Origin: Acidimicrobiia bacterium
Lineage (GTDB): Bacteria; Actinomycetota; Acidimicrobiia; Spongiisociales; Spongiisociaceae
Assembly: GCA_041576165.1 (NCBI GenBank)
Contig: JBFGLM010000025.1
Coordinates: 1 to 64,000 of the forward strand
DNA length: 64,000 nt
Reading direction: 5' to 3'
A program made the position numbers and the translations under genes. Shown piece after piece: positions 30,542-40,314 of the stretch (position 1 is the stretch's first letter; each line of letters opens with the position of its first letter). The notes below the pieces were generated by a model that ran no database searches, was not told the DNA's origin, and saw nothing but the letters and a program-made list of their open reading frames with translations.

Positions 30542-31360
30542 TCAATCTCGTAGCCAGCTCGTGCCGCTCAAGCCGAGCCGCCGCAGAAAGCCGGCGGCCT
30601 GTGCAGCCAACCCAGCATCCTCTGCCCAGAGAACCAGCTCTCGCTCCCCGGCCAGTTCCGCAAAGGACGACGCGAGGGCCGCCGGGTGTATCTGGCGCAC
30701 CGGCGCATCCAGTTGGTGGTCCGGGCCGCTCGGAGTCACGATGGCCGGCGGCCATGGTCCGGCCAGTCGTTTGACAAGCTGCTGGCGGCTGGTCGAGTCG
30801 GCGGGCTTGGTGAATCGGGGGTCGGCCCAGAACATGTCGGCCTCTCCGGAGTTCGTGAGGATCACCGCTTCGCGGTTCAACACAGGGAGAGGGGGCGGGT
30901 CGAGCTCGGCCAGATCCTGCCCGCCATGGACACCTGCGGATCCGTAGAACCGAGCCCGGGGACAACGCTCCGTGAGCTGCTCTCGCAGTGCGGCCGCAGT
31001 TGCATCGCGATCGAGGGAACCGATGAAGATCCTGGTTTCGTTGTCCATCGTCAAAATCATCTGGTCGGGTCTCGTGAGGACAGGCTCGACGCGCAGGAGG
31101 CCGAGAATGTCATCACCTGCGACCACTCGCGTCGTCGCCGGGGTTGTAACTGGAGCGAGGATGGGTACTTTGCATCCGCGCGCAATGAGGCGGGCGCCGC
31201 TCACCCGGTGGCCGGCGATCGCAGTTTCGACAATCACTTCGAGCGGACCCTCGCACCCGGAAGGGTCGAACGTGAGCGGCGGGTCGATAAGGACCCGGGC
31301 CCCGTCGGCTGTGTCGACCAGGTATCCGACGTGGCCGGTCTCCTCGAGTGGCTGGATCAC
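30542..31360 (-). CDS. Degenerate MBL-fold/rhodanese-like protein
   Basis: GYLV..ARVLIDP and VETAIAGHRVSGARLIA align with ETHxHADxVSGARxLA but lack the His ligands; rhodanese-like tail without Cys. Confidence 0.65.
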   Translation of the reverse strand: MIQPLEETGHVGYLVDTADGARVLIDPPLTFDPSGCEGPLEVIVETAIAGHRVSGARLIARGCKVPILAPVTTPATTRVVAGDDILGLLRVEPVLTRPDQMILTMDNETRIFIGSLDRDATAAALREQLTERCPRARFYGSAGVHGGQDLAELDPPPLPVLNREAVILTNSGEADMFWADPRFTKPADSTSRQQLVKRLAGPWPPAIVTPSGPDHQLDAPVRQIHPAALASSFAELAGERELVLWAEDAGLAAQAAGFLRRLGLSGTSWLRD

Positions 31361-31399
31361 CGAGCCATGCTACGGCTCGGCTACTATGCCCGTTCGCTG

Positions 31400-32725
31400 A
31401 TGGCACCACGGACTTCTCCTCCCATAGCCCCCACGGCCCCACCACCACCCCGTCGCCGGTCCCGTACCGGGTGGCGGGTGTTGATCGGGCTACTGATCCT
31501 GGCCAACATCGTCGTTTTCGGCGCCTACTTCGGTTTGCGCTTCTTCACAGGCCGGTTCGCAGCCGAGGTGGGCACCATCACCGAGGTTGTGCCTGAGCTG
31601 AGCGCTCGCCCCGCGGCGGGAGCCGCTACCAACTATCTCGTCATCGGCAGCGACAGCCGCGATGTTCTGCCTGAGGATTTTGGCGAGTTTGGTGACTTCC
31701 CCGGCGAGCGAGCGGACGTGATCATGATCGCCCAGGTCCTGGACGGACGAGCCAGGATTCTCAGCCTGCCGCGCGACCTCAAAGTTGAGCTGGAAGGCCA
31801 CGGTACCCAGAAGATCAATGCGGCCTATGCGTTCGGTGGAGCCCCGCTCATGGTCCGAACAGTCCGGGACGTGACCGGCTTGGACATCCATCATTATGCC
31901 GAGATCGACTTCTTCGGGTTCGCCAGCCTGGTAGATGAGCTGGGCGGAGTCACGATCAACTTCCCCAACGCGGCTCGGGACCTCAAATCGGGTCTCGACG
32001 TCCCGGCCGGCGATGTGGAACTCAGCGGCGACATGGCGCTTGCCTACGCCCGATCGCGCCAGTACGAGGAGCTGCGCAACGGCTCGTGGGTGGCAGTCGA
32101 CGGATCGGACCTCGGTCGTATCCAACGCCAGCAGCGTCTCATCTTCGCGATGCTGTCCGCCGCCAAGCGGCCGAGCATCGTGTTCGATGCACCCGGGATC
32201 ATCTCGACGCTGGGCGATCATATGAGCACCGATGCGACATTGGACGGCGCCACCCTGGCCGACCTGGCCCTAGACGCGAGGTCATTCGACGCTGCTTCGA
32301 TTGACGCCATGACCTTGCCTACCCAGTTCCAGTCCATCGGCGGAGTTTCGTACCTCGTACCCGACGAGCCGGCGGCCGGCGAGATGATCGCACTGTTCGC
32401 CCGCGAGGCGGTTCCCGAAGAGCCAGGTGAGAACGCGGCACTCGCCCCGACCGACATCCGGTTGCGGGTGCTGAACGGGAACGGGTCGGCGGGGCAAGCG
32501 ACGACTTGGTCCGATCGGCTGGCCCAAGCGGGTTTCGAGATCGTCTCGGTCGGTGACGCCGGCGCTTTCACCCATCCGACCACGCTCGTTCAAGTTGCCG
32601 ACGGCCAGACGGCCATTGGCCAAGTTGTCGTGTCCCAGCTGGGTTTTGGGTCGATTGAGGCGGCCGCAGTTCCCGACGGCGTCGACGCCGTGGTCGTTGT
32701 CGGAGAGGACGCCCTGAGCCGCTGA
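31400..32725 (+). CDS. LCP (LytR-CpsA-Psr) glycopolymer transferase with LytR_C domain
   Basis: TM helix; YLVIGSDSR, RADVIM, LSLPRDL, KINAAY, ARSR, DLGRIQRQQ; VLNGNG..VVVVGED. Confidence 0.94.
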   Translation: MAPRTSPPIAPTAPPPPRRRSRTGWRVLIGLLILANIVVFGAYFGLRFFTGRFAAEVGTITEVVPELSARPAAGAATNYLVIGSDSRDVLPEDFGEFGDFPGERADVIMIAQVLDGRARILSLPRDLKVELEGHGTQKINAAYAFGGAPLMVRTVRDVTGLDIHHYAEIDFFGFASLVDELGGVTINFPNAARDLKSGLDVPAGDVELSGDMALAYARSRQYEELRNGSWVAVDGSDLGRIQRQQRLIFAMLSAAKRPSIVFDAPGIISTLGDHMSTDATLDGATLADLALDARSFDAASIDAMTLPTQFQSIGGVSYLVPDEPAAGEMIALFAREAVPEEPGENAALAPTDIRLRVLNGNGSAGQATTWSDRLAQAGFEIVSVGDAGAFTHPTTLVQVADGQTAIGQVVVSQLGFGSIEAAAVPDGVDAVVVVGEDALSR

Positions 32726-32789
32726 GGCCCTTTCAGTACGGACGGGCGTATCGGTACGATGGCTCGGCTAGGTATACCTGGAGGATCCA

Positions 32790-34061
32790 ATGCAGACGGC
32801 GGTCATCGGCGCGGGTTATGTTGGGCTCGTCCAGGCTGCCGGCTTGGCCGCGCTCGGGCACCGCGTACGCGTGGGCGAACGCGACCGGACGCGAATCGAC
32901 ACGCTGCGTGCCGGCGAGGTTCCCATCTTCGAACCCGATCTCGACCGCCTCGTGTCTGAAGGGTTGGCCAACGGCCTATTGACGTTCCACCAGTCGAATG
33001 TCGAGGCAGTGGCCGAGGCCGAGATCGTCTTCGTCGCCCTGCCGACGCCACCGGCCGCCGACGGTTCGGCCGATACCTCGATCATCGAGGAGGTCGTAAC
33101 CGAGGTGGGACCGCATCTGGTTTCCGGCGCCCTGTTCGTGATGAAGTCGACCGTTCCGGTCGGGTCGGCCGAACGCTTCCAGTCCCTGCTCGAGGCGGCC
33201 GGGGCCGATGCCACCGTCTTGAGCAACCCCGAGTTCCTCCGGGAGGGAAGCGCGGTCGCCGATTTCTTTCATCCCGATCGGGTCGTGATTGGCACCCGGG
33301 ACAAGGCGGCAGCCTTGAAGATGATCGACTTGTACCTCAAACTGGACGCACCGGTGGTTGTCACCGACCCGATCAGTTCGGAGATGATCAAGTACGGGGC
33401 GAACGCCTATCTCGCGGCCCGGGTCACGTTCGCCAACGCGATGGCCAACCTGTGTGAGGCGGTTGGGGCGGACGCCAAAGATGTACTTCACGGAATGGGC
33501 TACGACCGGCGCATCGGATTTCATTTCTTCAACCCGGGGCCGGGATATGGCGGGTCTTGTTTTCCCAAGGACACGCGCGCCCTGGTGTCGATTGCGGAGG
33601 AAGCCGGGTATGACTTTGCCCTGCTCAAAGGCGTCATCAACGTCAACGGGGAGCAGCTGGCGCGGATCATCCACAAAGTAGAGCGAGCCGCCGGGGGTAG
33701 CGTCGCCGGCAAGACGGTGGGCCTCTGGGGCCTCGCCTTCAAAGCTGATACGGACGACATCCGTGAATCTCCCGCTGTCGCGCTGGCGAGCCGGCTGGCA
33801 ACAAGAGGCGCCACCGTGCAGGCATACGACCCGAGAGTGCGAGCCGAGTTCGACGAGATCAGCCGTGCGGCCGACGCCTTGGCAGCGGCTAAGGGCGCCG
33901 ATGTCCTGCTCATCGCCACGGAATGGAACGAATTCAAGACGGTTGATCTTCGCGCAGTCCGGGATTCGATGGCGGGCAACAGCATCGTCGATGCGCGCAA
34001 CATTCTCGATCCGGAAGCGGTGCGGCGCTTGGGTCTGGATTACCAGGGTGTGGGACGTTGA
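32790..34061 (+). CDS. ugd: UDP-glucose/GDP-mannose 6-dehydrogenase
   Basis: GAGYVG, KSTVPVG, SNPEFLREG, GYGGSCFPKD, GLAFK. Confidence 0.95.
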   Translation: MQTAVIGAGYVGLVQAAGLAALGHRVRVGERDRTRIDTLRAGEVPIFEPDLDRLVSEGLANGLLTFHQSNVEAVAEAEIVFVALPTPPAADGSADTSIIEEVVTEVGPHLVSGALFVMKSTVPVGSAERFQSLLEAAGADATVLSNPEFLREGSAVADFFHPDRVVIGTRDKAAALKMIDLYLKLDAPVVVTDPISSEMIKYGANAYLAARVTFANAMANLCEAVGADAKDVLHGMGYDRRIGFHFFNPGPGYGGSCFPKDTRALVSIAEEAGYDFALLKGVINVNGEQLARIIHKVERAAGGSVAGKTVGLWGLAFKADTDDIRESPAVALASRLATRGATVQAYDPRVRAEFDEISRAADALAAAKGADVLLIATEWNEFKTVDLRAVRDSMAGNSIVDARNILDPEAVRRLGLDYQGVGR

Positions 34062-34110
34062 GCCCGGGACATCGCTACAGCGGAGGCAACGGGCGTCCGA
34101 TGGACGTGGG

Positions 34111-34839
34111 ATGGCACAGCAGAACGGGGCAAGGTACAAACACCTCTCGGTGATCGTGCCGGCCTACAACGAAGCGTCGACGATCGAGGCGTCGCTTCGT
34201 CGGGCGCTCGAGGCCGACCTCCCGATCGAGCGTGAGGTCATCGTGGTCGACGATGGCTCAACCGACGGGACGGCTGAGATAGTGGCCGCCATCGACGATC
34301 CGCAGGTGCGCCTCATCCGCCAGTCGGGGAACCGAGGAAAGGGCGCGGCGGTGCGGCGTGGTTTCAAAGAAGCGACCGGCGATCTGATCGTGATCCACGA
34401 CGCCGATCTGGAATACGACCCGCGCGATTGGGCACGGATGCTGCGGCCGCTCCAGGAGGGTGCAGCCGATGTGGTGTACGGATCCCGCTTCACCGGCGAG
34501 CGCCGCAACATGTTGTTCTGGCACTGGGTCGGGAACCGGTTCCTGAGCCTCGTAACCAACGTGCTCTACAACACGACCATCTCCGACATGGAGACCTGCT
34601 ACAAGATGGTTGACGCCCAGAGGCTGAAGCAACTGAAGCTGACGGCAAATCGTTTTGACATCGAACCGGAGATAACTGCCAAACTGCTCCGGACTGGATC
34701 CCGGATCTACGAAGTGCCGATCCGCTACGCAGGGAGAGAAATGCACGAGGGAAAGAAGATCTCGTGGCGTGACGGCATCCCGGCGCTTGCGACGCTGCTC
34801 CGAATCCGTCTCGCGCCCGGGAGCAGCATTCGTCGATGA
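34111..34839 (+). CDS. GT2 polyprenol-phosphate glycosyltransferase (DPM1-like)
   Basis: IVPAYNE, VDDGSTDGT, NRGKGAA, HDADLEYDP, DMETCYK. Confidence 0.92.
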   Translation: MAQQNGARYKHLSVIVPAYNEASTIEASLRRALEADLPIEREVIVVDDGSTDGTAEIVAAIDDPQVRLIRQSGNRGKGAAVRRGFKEATGDLIVIHDADLEYDPRDWARMLRPLQEGAADVVYGSRFTGERRNMLFWHWVGNRFLSLVTNVLYNTTISDMETCYKMVDAQRLKQLKLTANRFDIEPEITAKLLRTGSRIYEVPIRYAGREMHEGKKISWRDGIPALATLLRIRLAPGSSIRR

Positions 34840-35771
34840 GGGCGATTGTCACGGGCGGGGCAGGGTTCATCGGCTCCCACCTGGTGGACCGATTGGTCGA
34901 CGAGGGTTGGGAGGTGCTGGCTATCGACGACCTGTTGAAGGGCGACTTTTCTCGCTTGGCCGAGGCCCGGGCGCGGGGAACCGTCAAGTTTCATCAACTG
35001 GACATCCGATCCAGCGACCTAATCCAGGCTGTGGAGAAGTACCGACCGGACACGATCTTTCATCTGGCTGCTCAGGCTTCGGTCAGTGCGTCGGTGGCAG
35101 ATCCGGTGTATGACGCCGACGTGAACGTGCTCGGCACGCTGCGGGTGTTGGAGGCAGCGCGGGCGGCGGCATGTGACCGGATCGTCTTCACGTCGACCGG
35201 TGGTGCCGTCTACGGCAGCAACGTCAAGTTGCCGGCCAAAGAGACCTACGCCAAGAGGCCCGATTCGCCCTACGGCGTATCCAAGAAGGTCGTCGAAGAC
35301 TATTTTCGGCTGTACAAGAGCCTGTATGGCATCGACTACGTGATCATCGGTCCCTCCAACGTCTACGGCCCGCGTCAGGATCCGTACGGTGAAGCAGGCG
35401 TGGTTGCCATCTTTTCTCGGGCGATGCTCGACGGCAAGCGCCCAACGATTTTCGGTGACGGTACCCAGACCCGTGATTACGTGTTCGTCGATGATGTCGT
35501 GGATGCCGTGTATCGAGCCGACCGGATCGGTGGCGGGATGTTTCTGAACGTTGGCACCGGCCTCGAGACAAGCGTCAACGACCTATATCGCGACATCGCC
35601 GAGGCCGTCGGTTTTGACGGGCCACCCGTCTACGAAGCTCCCCGACCGGGGGACGTGATGCGCTCGGTGCTGGATACTTCGGCGGCCCGAAAAACCCTCG
35701 ACTGGGAACCGTTCACGCCCCTGGCCGAGGGTGTGCGCTTGACCGTGGATTGGTTCCGCAAGAACGGCTGA
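34836..35771 (+). CDS. galE: NDP-sugar epimerase/dehydratase (GalE-like)
   Basis: TGGAGFIGSH, YGVSK, NVYGPRQ, QTRDYVFV. Confidence 0.9.
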   Translation: MRAIVTGGAGFIGSHLVDRLVDEGWEVLAIDDLLKGDFSRLAEARARGTVKFHQLDIRSSDLIQAVEKYRPDTIFHLAAQASVSASVADPVYDADVNVLGTLRVLEAARAAACDRIVFTSTGGAVYGSNVKLPAKETYAKRPDSPYGVSKKVVEDYFRLYKSLYGIDYVIIGPSNVYGPRQDPYGEAGVVAIFSRAMLDGKRPTIFGDGTQTRDYVFVDDVVDAVYRADRIGGGMFLNVGTGLETSVNDLYRDIAEAVGFDGPPVYEAPRPGDVMRSVLDTSAARKTLDWEPFTPLAEGVRLTVDWFRKNG

Positions 35772-35776
35772 GCGCT

Positions 35777-36502
35777 TCAGCGGAAGAGGTCCTCGCCCGG
35801 TGCTCGTACCAGATCGCGCCCCAGGCCTCCGGTCGCCGGGTCATAGGCGACCCCCCGTACGACCGCCGCCGGTATCCCATTGGCCTTGCCCATCACCAGA
35901 TCCGCCGCGCCGGCTACTTCATCGGCGAGCGCCACCTGGGTCACCGCCAGGATGTTGCCGTGGGTGTCGGCTGTACCTCGGTGATCGACGATGGCCGGCA
36001 GCCCCGAAACGCCGATGGCTACATCGGTGAGCCCGGTGCGCCACGCCCGGCCGAACGTATCGGAGATCACAACCGCAATGGACACGCCGGACTCCCGTTG
36101 GAGCCGCAGGCGAACGCGATGCGCCGAGCCATCTGGGTCACGAGGCAGGAGCACGGCATGGCCGGGCGCCACGTTCGAGCGGTCGACGCCGGCATTGGCA
36201 CAAACGAAGCCGTGGTGCGTCTCTGCGATGACGAGCCAATCCCGCCGGCGCAAGATCGCCACCGCCTCTTGCTCGATGAGCGCCCGGTGGCCGTCGGGCC
36301 CCGGGTCGTCCAGCTTCACGACCATTCCCTCGGCCTTTGACACGAGCTTGTGGGTGATGACGATGACGTCGCCTCGGGCCAGCCGGATCCCGCTGTGGTC
36401 CAGGCCATCGAGCAGTAGATCGGCGACGTCATCGCCCGCCGCTGCCTCTGGAATGCCCGCGATCGGGTGAATCTCGATCGTCACAACAGATCGAGCATCC
36501 AC
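35777..36502 (-). CDS. cofE: Coenzyme F420-0:L-glutamate ligase (short form, no nitroreductase domain)
   Basis: THKLVSKAEG, CANAGVDRSN, SDTFGRAWR, DEVAGAADLVMGK; start may be GTG 36484. Confidence 0.94.
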   Translation of the reverse strand: MDARSVVTIEIHPIAGIPEAAAGDDVADLLLDGLDHSGIRLARGDVIVITHKLVSKAEGMVVKLDDPGPDGHRALIEQEAVAILRRRDWLVIAETHHGFVCANAGVDRSNVAPGHAVLLPRDPDGSAHRVRLRLQRESGVSIAVVISDTFGRAWRTGLTDVAIGVSGLPAIVDHRGTADTHGNILAVTQVALADEVAGAADLVMGKANGIPAAVVRGVAYDPATGGLGRDLVRAPGEDLFR

Positions 36503-37404
36503 TGGGCAAAGGCTTCCGCGTCTTCGGGGGCGGCGACGCGGGTCGACGCAACGTGGACGTAAACGCCCGCTTCGGTCAACTCGGGCCGCTCGTGGCCGTC
36601 GAGGGTGTCGATGATCAGGTCGTCGAGCAGGCCCTCGTACGCGGCAACAATCGCCCGATTACCCAGCGGGAAGCCGAGGCTGCGCAGAACTCGGTCCGCC
36701 GGCCCTTTGAGTGCTCGCCCTCCGAAGAGCGGACTGACCGCCAGCACGCGCTTGGCCTGCGCTACGGCCGAGGCCACTTCCGGTATGGAGAGAATTGGCC
36801 ACACCGACAGGGGCGGGTTGGATGGGGCGATCACCACGGCCTCCGCCCGGCGGATTGCGTCGATGACCCCGGGGCCCGGGCGCGCCGCCCGGGCCCCGTG
36901 AAAACGCACGTCGACGACCTCGTCGCGGTGCTGTCGTAGGACGAAGTATTCCTGGAAGGACAGCCACGTACCATCCTCGACTTGTACCCTGGTGCGTATC
37001 TCATCGTCGGACACCGGGAGCACGGCCGACTCCACCCCCAGCAGCCCGGCGAGTTCGGTGGTTATCGCTGAGAGCGGCAGACCGGCCTCGAGGCGGGCCG
37101 TGCGATACAGGTTCAAAGCCAGGTCGGCGTCGCCGATGGTGAACGTGGTGTCCTCGCCCAGGGCCCGCAGATGTTCCATTACCACCTGGGAGTCGCCCCG
37201 GCGCCCCCAACCCTCCATTCCTTCGATCCCGGCCAGCGTGTAGAGGACGGTGTCCACATCGGGACTGACGTACAGGCCGTAGAAGCGGTCGTCGTCACCG
37301 ATGTTGACGATCACAGACAGATCAACTCCCGACACCCGGTCAAACCCGCGGGCCAGACGAGCTCCTCCGACACCTCCTGAAAGTACCGTGATCTGTGTCG
37401 CCAT
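36481..37404 (-). CDS. cofD: 2-phospho-L-lactate/PEP transferase (F420 biosynthesis)
   Basis: LSGGVGGAR, VNIGDD, SPDVDTVLYTL, FQEYFV, APSNP, LKGPAD; RBS AGGAG. Confidence 0.95.
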   Translation of the reverse strand: MATQITVLSGGVGGARLARGFDRVSGVDLSVIVNIGDDDRFYGLYVSPDVDTVLYTLAGIEGMEGWGRRGDSQVVMEHLRALGEDTTFTIGDADLALNLYRTARLEAGLPLSAITTELAGLLGVESAVLPVSDDEIRTRVQVEDGTWLSFQEYFVLRQHRDEVVDVRFHGARAARPGPGVIDAIRRAEAVVIAPSNPPLSVWPILSIPEVASAVAQAKRVLAVSPLFGGRALKGPADRVLRSLGFPLGNRAIVAAYEGLLDDLIIDTLDGHERPELTEAGVYVHVASTRVAAPEDAEAFAQWMLDLL

Positions 37405-37518
37405 GTCTGCTCCTGATCGACGCGACACCCCGAGCCTGTCGGTGCGTCCAACTGTCTGCGCCGCACCCGTCCTCAGAGATTGCCTTGCTCTGTTTGTGCA
37501 TCCACAATGGGGTCTCTC

Positions 37519-40314
37519 ATGGAAACCCCCGACACCGCGAACACTGTCGACGCGCCCGTCGCGTCTCCGTCGGTGGCCGCCGTCGTGATCGCCCGTCGTC
37601 CGGGTGATCTCAGCGACGTGCTCGGCGCTGTCGGTGCGCAAGTGTACGACCCTGTAGGGGTGTTCGTCGTGGGGAAGGATCCGATCGGTCTCGGCGAGAA
37701 ACCGGTGCAGCGCGTCGGCACGATGAAAGAGATGGTGGAGCGCCTCCCGACCGGCGTGGACTATCTGTGGGTTGTTGACCAGGATGCCCGACCTCGTCCT
37801 GATGCGCTGGCGGCTTTGGTGGCAGGCGCAGAGCAGGTTGACGCCTCGGTGGCAGGTTCCAAACTGCTCCGCTTCGAGTCGCCCGAGGAATTGGTTTCGG
37901 TGGGAGCCGCCACCGATGTGTTCGGTGTGCCCTACACCGGTCTGGACGCCGGCGAGGTCGATCAAGGGCAGTACGACGTCGTCCGCGACGTGGCCTTCGT
38001 CGAGCCCGCTTCGATGTTGATCCGGCGGGATCTCTTCGCCGGGCTCGGCGGCCTCGACACGTTCATACCGTTCGAGTCGACCGGGATCGATCTGTGCCAG
38101 CGGGCCCGGATCAACGGTGCTCGGGTGGTGGTCGTCCCGTCATCGGAAACGCTACTGGTCGGCGCCTTCCCCGGACGGACCAAGACCTGGCGGGAGCAGG
38201 CAGGACGGATCCGCGCCATGCTCAAGTCCTACTCGTGGTTGACATTGGCGTGGGCCATTCCCGGCCTGTTGTTCATCGGTCTGGTCACCTCCTTTTACGA
38301 CACTTTCCGGGGCCGGCGGCTGGCGCTGTGGGACTACATGCGTGCGTGGCTGTGGAATGGGCTCCATATCGGATCGACGCTGCAGGGTCGCGTCCGGGCC
38401 AGGAATTCCCGGCAGGCGGGGGACGAGGAGCTGTTTCGTTACCAGGTGCGGGGGAGTGTTGAGTTGCGGGCGCTGGCGGCGGGTTTGAGTGACCGCCTTG
38501 CCAACCCCGATGAGGACGCCGACATCTTCGAAACCGAGGTGCTGCGTCTACCCGCTTTTTGGCAGCAACCGTCCTTCCTGGCAGGTGCGGCCGTTGTCGT
38601 CTACCTGGTCCTCGTGACCCGGTCGATCTGGACTGACGGCTTGCCCGTGGCCGGTTTCTCCTTGCCGGTGCGCGATTCGGCCCTCGCCACTCTCTCCAAC
38701 TATGCCGGTGGTTGGAACCCTGCTGAGCTGGGATCCCCCGCGCCCTTGCGGCCGGTGATCGGAGCGACTGCGTTGCTGCAACTCGTGCTGCTGTCAAAGC
38801 CCGGGCTGACCATGACGGTCCTGACGGCCGGCTCCGTGTTGATGGGTATCACCGGAATGGCCCGCTTGCTGCGGCCGCTCGGGATCGGACCATACGCCCG
38901 GCAGCTGAGCGGCATAGTTCTCATGACTGGCCCTGCCACTGCGTACCTCGCCGACAGCGGGGCGTGGGCGGCGGTCGTGGCCACTGGCTTCACTCCATGG
39001 GTATTGGCGCTGGCGCTGGGCCACCAGCCGGCGGGATGGAGGCGGATCGGAACCCTCGCTCGAGTAGCTCTGGCTTCGGCGGTGGTCGGCGCGATGGCAC
39101 CTCTCGCCCTGGGCGTGCCGATCGTCGCGCTGCTGATCGCAGGGCTCACACTCGGATTGTGGAGTCGGGCCTTCCTGGGAATGGTGGCGGCCGGAGCCGG
39201 TGCCCTGGCATTGATTCCGTGGTTGGCTGCACAGACTCCGACAGGACTGCTCACCAGCGGCGAACCCATCTATTACGAGCCGCGCTGGTGGGTGGCTGCC
39301 TGGTTGGCGCTCACGGTGATCGCAGCGGTTGCGCTGGCCAAATCTGAGCTCGGACGCATTGCAGCCTGGGGCGCTGTGCTGAGCGCCGGCGGCCTGTTCG
39401 TGACCCGGTCGGCCCGGCTCGGCATCGGCCGTGATGCCGGACTTGCCGGTTTCGTACTGGCCTCGCTGGGCCTGGCCATCGTTACGGCTGCGGTGTTGAG
39501 CCTCAACCCAGGCGAGGAGGGCGTGGGAATCAGCGCACGCCTGCTGCGACGCGCCGGCGTCGTCCTCGGCATTGGCATGGTGCTGCTGGCCTTGCTGCCT
39601 GTTGTCAACGGACGCGTCGGGTTGCCGCCTGACCGGCTCTCCGAAGCCGTGGCCTTCGCGGAGACCCGGGCTCTTCCCCACGGCCCCGATCGCATCTTGC
39701 TGGTTGGTCCGGCGGAGACTCTGCCGGGGGAGGTCCGCCGCCTCGCGGATGGAACTGCGTATCGGTTGGTCGGCGGTCCGCGGCCGCACCTCGATGAGGC
39801 CTGGCCCGGAGAGCCCCGGCTGGGAGATCGAGCATTCGCAGACCTGTTGGAGCTGATAGCAGAGGGTGGCGAACTGCGACCCGGCGAGCAGCTTGCGTTG
39901 TTTGGCGTACGGTGGGTCGTCTTCACCGGACCAACCGTGATCGAGCAGCGGCTCGTTTCTCAGCTGGACCTGCGGCCGCTTCCCGATCTGGTCTACCCAG
40001 TGTACGAGAACGATGTGCCGAGCCCGCGGGCGGTCACCGACACGGGGGTGGCGTGGAAGTGGATGCCGCCCGACTACACGGGTCGGGCAGTGGGCAGCAC
40101 GGTGCGGATCACAGAGAATGCCGACATCCGCTGGGGTCCCGGCGAGTGGGCGCAGGACGAGTGGGCCAATGTCGTGGCTGTCGCCGACGGGACCGCCTCG
40201 TTCAACCACGTGGCCGTGCATCGAGCGATGGCGCTGGGGGCCGGCCTGTTTGTCTTGGTTCTGATCGGCCTGTCCCTGGCCGGGATCTCCCCGGCGCCGA
40301 GGCCCGAAGAATGA
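37519..40314 (+). CDS. Large membrane glycosyltransferase (N-terminal GT2 + many TM helices)
   Basis: WVVDQDARP, GSKLL, DQGQYD, LGGLD, DLCQRAR; multi-TM C-terminal two thirds; usual partner of DUF5719. Confidence 0.85.
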   Translation: METPDTANTVDAPVASPSVAAVVIARRPGDLSDVLGAVGAQVYDPVGVFVVGKDPIGLGEKPVQRVGTMKEMVERLPTGVDYLWVVDQDARPRPDALAALVAGAEQVDASVAGSKLLRFESPEELVSVGAATDVFGVPYTGLDAGEVDQGQYDVVRDVAFVEPASMLIRRDLFAGLGGLDTFIPFESTGIDLCQRARINGARVVVVPSSETLLVGAFPGRTKTWREQAGRIRAMLKSYSWLTLAWAIPGLLFIGLVTSFYDTFRGRRLALWDYMRAWLWNGLHIGSTLQGRVRARNSRQAGDEELFRYQVRGSVELRALAAGLSDRLANPDEDADIFETEVLRLPAFWQQPSFLAGAAVVVYLVLVTRSIWTDGLPVAGFSLPVRDSALATLSNYAGGWNPAELGSPAPLRPVIGATALLQLVLLSKPGLTMTVLTAGSVLMGITGMARLLRPLGIGPYARQLSGIVLMTGPATAYLADSGAWAAVVATGFTPWVLALALGHQPAGWRRIGTLARVALASAVVGAMAPLALGVPIVALLIAGLTLGLWSRAFLGMVAAGAGALALIPWLAAQTPTGLLTSGEPIYYEPRWWVAAWLALTVIAAVALAKSELGRIAAWGAVLSAGGLFVTRSARLGIGRDAGLAGFVLASLGLAIVTAAVLSLNPGEEGVGISARLLRRAGVVLGIGMVLLALLPVVNGRVGLPPDRLSEAVAFAETRALPHGPDRILLVGPAETLPGEVRRLADGTAYRLVGGPRPHLDEAWPGEPRLGDRAFADLLELIAEGGELRPGEQLALFGVRWVVFTGPTVIEQRLVSQLDLRPLPDLVYPVYENDVPSPRAVTDTGVAWKWMPPDYTGRAVGSTVRITENADIRWGPGEWAQDEWANVVAVADGTASFNHVAVHRAMALGAGLFVLVLIGLSLAGISPAPRPEE

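Noticed and set aside
30686-31399. Long N-terminal extensions in the ORF track (LCP from 30686, cofD from 37965, DUF5719 from 39912, SpoIID-3 from 8828, FtsE from 60692)
   Set aside because: They overlap neighbouring genes or lack family similarity; downstream starts fit the domain boundaries better
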